Source: Octopus sinensis (lineage: Eukaryota). Taken from it: DNA of 64,000 nucleotides. Under the pieces are notes generated by a model. The model ran no database searches. It saw nothing but the letters and a program-made list of their open reading frames with translations, and was not told where the DNA came from. The first letter of the stretch is position 1. Each line of letters opens with the position of its first letter. Shown piece by piece: positions 54,143-64,000 of this stretch. Location of the stretch: contig NC_043004.1 in assembly GCF_006345805.1 (NCBI RefSeq), forward strand, positions 96,968,001-97,032,000, given 5' to 3'. Made by a program: the position numbers and the translations under genes.

Positions 54143-54520
54143 ACATCGACCTCTGCACTCAACTGGTTCTTATTTTATAGACCTTGAAAGAATGAACGGC
54201 AAAGCTGACTTTGACGTGATTTGAGCTCAGAACACAAAGACAGGCAAAATGCCGCTAAGCGTTTTATCCGATGAGTTAACAATTCCGCCAGTTCACTACT
54301 TTTAATAATAACAGCGGTATCGAATTTAGGTTCATGCCAGAAAGTTTGATGAGAGAGAGAGAGAGAAGAGAGAGAGGGGGGGAGTAATTCGATATATTAA
54401 CTCAAGTATTTGACAGGTAGTGTTTTATCTACCCCCGAAGGATGAAAACTTAATTTGACCTTGGCAGAATTTGAGCTAAGAACAGTGTCAGAAAAATGCT
54501 GCAAAGGTGATGATGATGAC

Positions 54521-54551
<31 letters not shown>

Positions 54552-54901
54552 GTGATGGTGGTGGTGGTGATGATGATGATGATGATGATGCTGCTGATGA
54601 TGATGGTGATGGTGATGGTGATGATGGTGATGGTGATGATGATGATGATGATGATGATGGTGATGATGATGGTGATGATGATATGATGATGATGATGATG
54701 ATGGTGATGGTGATGATAGTGGTGGTGCTGGAGGTGATGATGATGACGATAGCAATATAGTTGTTGCTGTTGTTGATGATTGATGATGATGATGGTGGTG
54801 GTGGTGGTGGTGGTGGTGGTGTTGATTGCTGCGGTGGTGTTTGTGGCGACAACAGAGGTATTATTAGTAGATGTAAAAGTCGTGATATTTGTTGTTGTTG
54901 C

Positions 54902-54935
<34 letters not shown>

Positions 54936-55126
54936 ATAAGATGCCATACAAGACTAAAGTATTCTTTGACTTTGGCTGATTGCATGATAGAAAATAGTGC
55001 ACTTTGATGAACTTAACATCTGTACGAGAGAAACATACGGTGATGTGAGGAGGTAAATTGAATAGAAGCTGTGTTTTGTCTGATGAAGGTGATGGAGTAA
55101 GTGAAACGCGGTGGAGAGAGAGAGAC

Positions 55127-55160
<34 letters not shown>

Positions 55161-56049
55161 AAATTAGGTTTGGTAATTAATTCAGTATTTTACAAGTAAT
55201 TAACTGAGCAGACATAGGTGAAAAAAATTTTCAAAGTCACCCTGGGGAGGATTTGAACTTGGAACAGACAGAAAAGAGGAAACAGAAAATCTATAAAAAC
55301 TTGTTGGCTGTGAACACTATTATTCTGCCAAGCTAACTCACAAGGGTTTATGTAGATGGTATATTTATCTTCTATTTTCACAATGTGATGCAGATGAGGT
55401 AAAAATCTTACTCCTAACAGAACACCGAGCTAAAATAATGTAGAAGCAACTATGTAGTTATGTGACATGCTAAAAATAGCAGCTAAATGACTGTGGTTAT
55501 TTGAAAAGAATTGAACTGCATTGGATAACGGGTAGAATGTGTGTTTTGGTAGATTTGATCAGGAGGAAAATGTTGTTCAATAGTTGTCAAACCTCTCCAT
55601 CACCAGTGAAATTAATGTGGGTTATATTAATTTTAATTAAGAACTGGAAGTGGATAGCTGTAGAAAACTCACGGAAAAGGATGCAATTCTAGAGGGATGT
55701 ACTCAGGTAAGAAGAGACTGAGGAATTAATTAGCGTAGAACCTGAAGAGGGTAGTAGACAAAATATAGGTGAAAAACGCAAAAGAGGAAGTGAGTAGGAA
55801 AGTCCTAACTACAGGTGGAATGACCACTGAGCTCTGAAAAGCAGAGGTCACTGTTGTAGCAGTAGAAAAGACAGTGAAGAAAGAACATGCTTGTAGGTGA
55901 GATGTTGTGGTGTCCTTTACGTAGAGCATGTCTGAATTGAACTCATCTGGTCAAACTAGAGGATTGCTTGTCAAAACCATAGTGATGACAATGTAAAATT
56001 TATCACTCATTGCACCTACCTAATGAGGTCCAAAATCTCAACTGATATG

Positions 56050-57130
56050 TATGAAGTCAAAACTTCCACAAATGATGCTGATTCCTTATACAACTCAACA
56101 GCGTGAAATGCTGTCCATATAAAGATTATTAGCTCATAATAAGAAAAATATGAACGGTGGCAAATTGGATAATATCAAGAAGCATCTCACCAACATCTAA
56201 AAAAAAAAATCTAAACCAAAAATCACTCTTGACGCAAACCTAAATACAGTTAATTTCCTTGGGGTCATACAAATCGTAGATAATCCAATGAACGACTACT
56301 ATACATTAACAAAATCATCAGCCATCGGTCATCCCTCATCAGGGAACTAGTTAAGTTTATATGTCTATGCTTACATATTCTCGGTCTGCTTTGAATAGGC
56401 TATTTCTATGCCACAATCTGGCATAGAAATGCCCTGCTAATTAGCTTAAGTGGTAAAATCCAGAAACACAACCACTTTCAAGGACACAAACAAAATACTA
56501 GCGTGCATTTTGTTTTTTGAACAATCAAACCTTGCTTTCAAATTTTCAGTCTGATACAAAGACACTTCGCCGATAATCATAGGCTTCAAATATTCAACAG
56601 AAACAACATTAAACTTACTTATAGCTGCAAACTCTACTTTGCTACACAAATAACTATCAACGCCAAAAAACTATTTGGCACTAAGGACACCAACATGCAA
56701 CTCTATCGATTTCACAAATTACCGCTCAGTCGTCTATGCCTCGAAAAATCAACAGTATACCGTGTTATCTTAACTGATGAAAAAAATCAACGAAGTCTCA
56801 CTCTTGCTTAACAGAAACACTTTTAAATGAAAAATCTATTAACACACACTTCTCTCGGAAATTTAATATCAGAGTGAACACCGACACGTACAAATAAGTA
56901 AGACTGCTAAAAAACCTTCTGAATACCAGATATAACATGAATTTAAGATCATAGACACTGCAAGAACATATGCGCAAAATAGAATCTACAGTTTTTGTAG
57001 TGCGAAAATAGTCATATTACACCATCCATGTCAGCTTAAAATTTAAAGATCTAACTAATTGGACTAATACCTATCGAAAATTTACAAAGTAAACAGTGAC
57101 ACTATTAAATACTTCATGTATCAAACAAGG
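56050..57130 (+). mobile_element. Decayed Penelope-like retroelement: RT C-terminus/thumb + GIY-YIG endonuclease (stops, frameshifts)
   Basis: Manual translation: NGGKLDNIKKHLTNI (56153), ITLDANLNTVNFLGV (56222), LIQRHFADNHRLQIFNRNNIKLTYSCK (56551), PLSRLCLEKSTVYRVILT (56722), FKIIDTARTYAQNRIYSFCSAKIVILHHP (56942). These match PLE thumb and GIY-YIG motifs in order. Confidence 0.85.
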
Positions 57131-58234
57131 CCCACGTTATCTACATGTCCTTATCCCACTAAACGCCATTCAACACCTTCAACTCATATAGTTTATCTCA
57201 TAGTTATGTTTTCCAACCAAAACCGGCATCCCCCAGCCTAGAACCTGGATGGGTCATTCCACATCAATCGTTATAATACATGCAGCCAGTAAACTGCATC
57301 TCATATGGCATGGTTGAAACCTATGTGCCCTACTCCATGCTGTCTGAGCTATCCTAAGCAACTATGTGCTTCAGGCCGACAGGTTTCATTAATTTATGCC
57401 AAGACTATTATAACAAAACATTTAATAATTATTATGTCTTCATATCTCTTTTTCAAAAATTTATGAATTACACACATACATACACATACACACACACATA
57501 CTTAGGAATCAATATTTTCATGTATTACTAATTTTTCAAGTCATTTATCAATTTTATAATTTCTGCATTGTCTGCAAAGAAAACTTTCTAATTTTCTACT
57601 TTTCGTCCTATTATAGCCAAAATCTCTCATTATTTCTATGAGCTCTAAGACGGTGAGCTAGCAGAATCGTTAGAGCGTTTGAAAAATGCTTTGCAGTATT
57701 TCGGCCACTTCTTTGCATTCTGAGTTGGATCCCTGCCGAGGTCGGCTTTGCCTTACTTCCCTTCTGACTCGGTAAATAGAGGTGCTACTCAAATAGTGCC
57801 GATCGTGTAAACTAGTGTCCCCTCCATAAAACTACTGTCTTTGAGCGTTGGGCAAAGTACCTAGTTGTGTTTCACATTCCGGTTTCAAATCCCGCCACGG
57901 TCATGGTTGCCTTTCATCCTTTCGGTGTCAAGAGAATGAAATAACAGTTAAATTCTGGTGTTGTTGACATCAGTTAACCCTAAACTGCTGCTCTGGTACC
58001 ACAACCAGAAACCATTACTACTTCAAGCAGTAACCTTTTGTCAACACATTAGAAAACGTTTACCAAATAATCTTTAAGAAATTGCTAAACAATTACCAAG
58101 CATCTTTTGTTTACAACCTTCGCCGATTCTCAAACATTTTAAAAAGTATTTATTGAATAATTTTTCAGTATTAATTCTTTGTGAAAATTCAATGCACGCT
58201 TTATTTGCATACGTCACTTACTTATTCTGTGTGC

Positions 58235-58310
<76 letters not shown>

Positions 58311-58431
58311 GTCTGTCTGTCTGTCTGTCTATATATATATATATATATCTGTCTGTCTGTCTCTCTGTCTATATATCTATCTGTCTGTTTGTTTATCTAT
58401 CTGTGTATCAGTCTATCTATCTATCTATCTA

Positions 58432-58472
<41 letters not shown>

Positions 58473-58508
58473 GTTTGTCTGTCTATCTATCTGTCTGTTT
58501 GTTTTATC

Positions 58509-58553
<45 letters not shown>

Positions 58554-60450
58554 TATATATATATTAGATATATATATAGATAATATATATATATTATATA
58601 TGGTAACCATTCAGATGGTACAAAAGAAAAAAAATTACATTAAATTGTATATATCAATATATTCGGACGTCCAAGTTGTGGCATTTTCCCTCGAAATAGA
58701 GTTTGGTAATGGAATTCCGGACCACAAAAGAGAGAGAAGCACGAAGTATAAGAAATAAAAACCAAATATCAGAAGAAAGAAAATGAAATAAATGAATAAC
58801 TCAATAACTGAGCAATTTTTTTTCCTTATCTCATCACTCGTTGCCCGGAACTGGGTGAAGACAGTGTCCATTTAGGGTGCTCATGAGCAGCTACATAAAA
58901 TGAACTTATCGGTATATTTACAACCACTGCGTATTTCCAATTTGGCATTCAGATATATCCATGGTGTCACTAAGATCTCCAGGTTTAATGAGCCTTTTTT
59001 CTCTGGCTGTACAAATATTACATTCTCCCTTAGCATTTTCAACCTCTTGTAAAATTATTTCTACGCTTTATCCTTGCCAACATCTCTGAGGGTGAGCGCG
59101 CCGCTTTCCTTAGCGTACACAGTTCTTATTAACGACGCCTTCGCATCGCAGAACATTGGTAAACCTCTTACAATTTCGTTTCTAATTTTGCTAGGTATGC
59201 TCGATGTCTAGTTACTCTTTTAGTTACCTGATATTGTTCCCTTCTCCATCCCAGTTACTTCCGTTCTTTCTCTTAGCTATGGAAATTATCTAATATACAA
59301 TTTCAACATCATATAAAATTTTGTCTGCCTAAAACCTTTATTCCAGCTGCAGATCTGGTCAGTGCAATTTGCTCACGGCATTTTGTTTTATAGAAACAAC
59401 TTCAAATCGTTTTGTATGTAATAGGTCACTATCTCCTGCTATTCTGTAGCAGCAAAATCCCTTTCAGATGCTACCTGGCTATTAACAAAAGACATAAGGG
59501 TTAATATCAGCCCGAGTTCTCAGCAAAAAGGAGACAAACTATGAGCATGGTCAACGTCGGAGTGCTAGTTATATTTCTACTCAATCATATAATCATTTCA
59601 CTTGGGGGCTAAACAACAGAATAATCATCACCGTCATCATTATCATCGTCGTCATAGTTGACGTCGTCACATCATCATCATCATCAACAACAACAACAAC
59701 AAAAACAACAACAACAGCAACTTGTCAGTCAGACAAGTCTAGACATATAATATCTCAGTTACTGTAAACCATATACTCTCAGACGTTTGGGAATTGGTAT
59801 TTATATTTCTTGTACTGGTGGTAGCGGTACTACTACTACTACTACTACTATTACCACCAGTTCTTTTTCTTCTTCTTCTTCTTCGTCTTCTCCTTCTTCT
59901 TCTTCTTTTTCTTCTTCTTTTTCTTCTTCTTCTTCTTTTTCTTCGTCTTCTCCTTCTTCGTCTTCTCCTCCTCCTTCTTCTTGTTTTTTTCTTTTCTTCT
60001 TCTTCTTCTTCTTCTTCTTCTTCTTCTCCTCCTTCTTTTTCTTCTTCTCCTCTTTCTTTTCTTATTCTTCGTCTTCTCCTTCTTCTTCTTTTTTCTTCTT
60101 CTTCTTTCTTCTTCTTCTTCTTCTTCTTCTTCTTCTCTTCCTTCTTTTTCTTCTTCTCTTCCTTCTTTTTCTTCTTCTCCTTCTTCTTCTTCTTCTTCTT
60201 CTTCTTCTCCTCCTCCTCCTCCTCCTCCTTCTTATTCTTCATCATACGGTTGTAGCTGCCTTTTTCGTCGTTAAGGCGGTGTTGGCGGCGTTATTGCTTG
60301 CGGTGTCCAGTGCTCTTATATTTCTCTTCTCAGACAACAATGTAACTCATGCCATTACTACATCATATAAAAGTTGACTGGAACTCATTAAAAAGCATAA
60401 CAGTTATTTCATACGAAGAGTGATTGTTAAAAAAAAGCTTTCCCGCACCC

Positions 60451-60482
<32 letters not shown>

Positions 60483-60484
<2 letters not shown>

Positions 60485-60877
60485 TCTTTTACTCTTTTAC
60501 TTGTTTCAGTCATTTGACTGCGGAGCACCGCCTTTAATCGAGTAACTCGACCCCGGGACTTATTCTTTTGTAAGCCCAGTACTTATTCTATCGGTCACTT
60601 TTGCCGAACCGCTAAGTAATGGGGACATAAACACACCAGCATCGGTTGTCAAGCAATGCTAGGGGGACAAACACAGACACAAACATATACACACTCACGC
60701 ATATATATACATATATACGACGGGCTTCTTTCAGTTTCCCTCTACCAAATCCACTCACAAGGCTTTGGTTGGCCCGAGGCTATAGTAGAAGACACTTGCC
60801 CAAGGTGCCACGCAGTGGGACTGAACCCGGACCATGTGGTTGGTAAACAAGTTACTTACCACACAGCCACTCCTGCG

Positions 60878-60879
<2 letters not shown>
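60483..60879 (-). mobile_element. SINE-A
   Basis: Same consensus. Confidence 0.9.
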
Positions 60880-60917
<38 letters not shown>

Positions 60918-60943
60918 ATAGATATATATATATATACAATATA

Positions 60944-61307
60944 TTCTTTTATTCTTTTACTTCTTTCAGTCATTTGACTGCGGCCATGCTGGAGCACCGC
61001 GTTTAGTCGAACAAATCGACCCCAGGACTTATTCTTTGTAAGCCTAGTACATATTTCATTGGTATCTTTTGCTGAACCGCTATGTTACGGAGACGTAAAC
61101 GCACCAACATCGATTGTCAGGCGATGATGGTGGGGGACAGAGACACACAAATAGACATACATACACCAAATCAAAATCCATTCACAAGGCTTTGGTCGGC
61201 CCGAGGCTATAGGAGAAGACACTTGGTCAAGGTGGAACGCAGAGGGACAGAACCCGGAACCATGTGGTTGGAAAGCAAGCTTCTTACCACAAAACCACTC
61301 CTGCGCC
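60944..61307 (-). mobile_element. SINE-A (tandem with previous copy)
   Basis: Same consensus with internal deletion. Confidence 0.85.
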
Positions 61308-61425
61308 TTATATATATATTATATATATATATATATATACGCACCCAAACATACATGTATATATTTGTGAGTATGTATTTGTATGTGTACATATGCAATT
61401 GCATATACGTGTATATATATATATG

Positions 61426-61506
<81 letters not shown>

Positions 61507-61739
61507 GTATTTGTGTGTTATATTTCGTTTTGCATTTATATGTCTATATATGTATGTGGTCTGCGCACATCTATCTGTTTATTTTGATGTAAACATGTAT
61601 ATTGATGGTTTAGTATGAGCATGTACTTTTGTGAAATATTTTAATATATTTTGATTTCAACTTTTACGTATTAATTGTATTAATCAAATTATATTTTCCA
61701 CATAATCAATGATAATATGTATTTGAATCAACTCTTAGA

Positions 61740-62031
61740 TTTAAGGTTTTTCCTCGATTTTTATAACTTTTATATTGAACTCATTTATTTTGTTTTGTTT
61801 ATTTTGTTTATCGCTCGCATATGACCGTTATTTGAAAGGACCAATCAAACAAATCCAGTTTTAAAGGTGTATCGTTTACGCTAGTTTTGATCTAATCGTC
61901 ATCTCGGTTCTATTTTATCAAAACTGTCCGACGAACGGGAGCGTGAAACTCCGAGTAACAGCTTTTGTTAAATTTCTGCTGCTTTTAAATAAAGCATATT
62001 ACTCTACCTCTGGTATTTGAGTACTCTACTC

Positions 62032-62035
<4 letters not shown>
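61740..62035 (+). mobile_element. Non-autonomous PLE/pLTR copy, family A (diverged relative of the palindrome arm ends)
   Basis: About 300 bp alignable by eye to 50780-51070 (TTTATCGCTCG..GACCG..CCAATCAAACAA..AAAGGTGTA..HHR..AATAAAGCATATTACTCTACC..GGTATTTGAGTACTC); ends TACTCCGG before (TA)n. Confidence 0.75.
61920..61966 (+). ncRNA. Type I hammerhead ribozyme motif, family A variant (U4C core)
   Basis: AAAACTGT-CCGACGA-ACG-ggag-CGT-GAA-ACTC-c-GAGT-A^ACAG-c-TTTT; stem II fully paired. Confidence 0.7.
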
Positions 62036-62062
<27 letters not shown>

Positions 62063-62787
62063 GACTCACGCACATGCAAACATACATACATATATATAGT
62101 TATACATGCATTTATATATATATGGATTAGTAATTATAAGATCCAAGGAATTAATTGCAAGAAGTTTTAAGCTTTGAGCAGTCCGTGGTAGGTATAAAAA
62201 TAACGTTCAGAAGCAATAATAATCTATTGGTGTCGAGCGTTGTAGGTTTCCTATATCGATATTCGATAAGCTGAAAAAACTTTTATAGCTTACTGTTAGC
62301 AATTTGAGTTGCTATAAATGCGAATAGAAATCAAAATTGAGGAAGGGGAGCAGGTAAAATTCAGGTGACATATATTTCCTACATAGTAGATCCTCTGATG
62401 TAATAATTACTCACGAGGGGTACTCAGCTAGCTACTCATTAGGCTTAATTGTATTAATTGTATGAAGTTTCCTTAATTGGTATGAAGGTTACATTGTTGT
62501 TAAGGAATCCTAAGTTAACTTGCTGAAGATGTAATTTGAAATTAGTGACGTAGCCGGAAGCACAGAGAAGAAAAACAAAATAAAATGACTGATAAAAAAA
62601 GTTCGAAGAAATAAGATGGTCTGTAAGAAAACTGCAGGAAGAGATATTTAGGAGAGGGGAATTATCTAAAGTTGTTAAGAATATATAAATAAATATATAT
62701 ATTTATATATTCTTAATGTTGTTATGTATACATACATACATATATATATACATGCGTACATACATACATTCACATACATACATACAT

Positions 62788-62834
<47 letters not shown>

Positions 62835-62836
<2 letters not shown>

Positions 62837-64000
62837 GGTTATATCGTTTTAATTTTTTGAAAGTAAACAATTTCCTGTATTAAAAGTCGATGAACAATTT
62901 TATATAAATAAAGAAAATATCCTATAATTTAAGACTTTAATAAAAATGTCACCCCAACTGAGGAAATCTAACACCGCTTTTGACCCAAATCATGCAAAAT
63001 TCTACAGGGGTTCATAATGCCTTCTCAAGTTGTTACCAAACTTGGTGTGCTGACTCAATGCAATGCAGAAGCAGTATATCTCAAATTTCGGCTTTCAAGT
63101 TTACTTATAGAATTTTTAATTTGTTACCACTTAAGGCCCTACTTTAGGAAATATCTTCTTCCTCTCCTTTTTATTTCTGCGACACTAAAAACTCCGACTA
63201 CATTAACTGTTTTTCAGAATAGTAGGCTTATCCAACCAGATTATCTAAAATAATATCTCATAAGAAGTGCTTGTATCACTCAAAGAAACAAAAATATCTG
63301 GATGAAAAATCTCGTGCAAGTTCATGTCTCACATGAAAAGAAGACCTGTTACTCAAGAAGAGCATTCTTTGGAAAACAACTGCATGATACCAATGAAACT
63401 TCAAATTGTCGGTCGCCACCTGTTCCTTGGAGGTACCATCAAAGGAAAGAAAGAAATACAAAGGAAATTTAGAAAGAAGTAACTTATTTTATAGCAAAAG
63501 AAATTAAATTTCCCATATTTATCAATTCAAAATGTACAGGCAAAATTAGAAAAAGTACTGAATACTTACGATAAATGTGTAAAATGAGGAAAATATGATT
63601 CATTGAAAGAAATTTTTGACATCACAAAGGAAAACGGTCAATGACTTTGCAGTGAAGATAGAAGGTTATATTATCTTCAAATTGAAAGCAAAGGACAGGT
63701 TAGGTATAGAACTGGAAAGGCAGTCAGTTTCAAAACTATCCATCCGTCCAAAGAAGAAAAATGTCCTTAATGCCAACTTCAACCAGAGCAACTCCAGTAT
63801 CATCGTCAACGTCTAAAGCAGAGACTGAAAATGAATATCAAAAGTCCGAAAAATCAGATGAAGAATCCACACAAACAAGGAAGAAGTATAGCAAAACTAG
63901 AAGTGCAACCATGTTAGTAATATCTTCCATGCTATCAACCCAAAAAGCAGCAACAGTTTGTCGACAATTATCTCAAGATGCAATCGATGTCGAGACTCCT
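62835..64000 (+). mobile_element. Decayed hAT-like (possibly hATm-type) transposase N-terminal part, running off the window
   Basis: Starts TAGGGTT after (TA)n. Degenerate translation EIFDITKENGQ*LCSEDRRLYYLQIESKGQV..TIHPSK and LSTQKAATVCRQLSQDAIDVETP resembles these transposases; subfamily assignment is from recall only. Confidence 0.55.

Noticed and set aside
55072-55112. CTGATGAAGG...GAAACGCG hammerhead-like spacing
   Set aside because: Stem II and stem I do not pair; at best a fully decayed relic.
58980-59500. Degenerate minus-strand frame with FCDA (LTR RNase H-like)
   Set aside because: Single short motif, many stops, and no supporting RT or integrase motifs.

Overview
AT-rich, microsatellite-saturated animal genomic DNA. 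The SINE and simple-repeat make-up suggests an octopus or other cephalopod; this is inference, no database was searched. Almost every ORF in the supplied track is a microsatellite or repeat read-through. The window holds four to five tRNA-derived SINE families (about 30 copies), a (GAT)n-tailed non-LTR family, hAT, piggyBac-type, mariner and Helitron-like non-autonomous elements, and decayed mariner, Tc1 and hAT-like transposases. It also holds two decayed Penelope-like (PLE) retroelements (one RT only, one RT + GIY-YIG) and two candidate minus-strand exons of an unidentified host gene. The most striking layer, invisible in the ORF track, is a set of type-I hammerhead ribozyme (HHR) motifs from three non-coding PLE/retrozyme-like families. 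These are mostly embedded in (TA)n tracts, and three insertions show fold-back (inverted) architecture. They include a ~2.5 kb near-perfect palindrome (48.6-51.1 kb, 6-nt loop) with an outward-pointing HHR on each arm, and a tRNA-headed (Pol III-type) element carrying an HHR-like PLE tail (26.7-27.1 kb).
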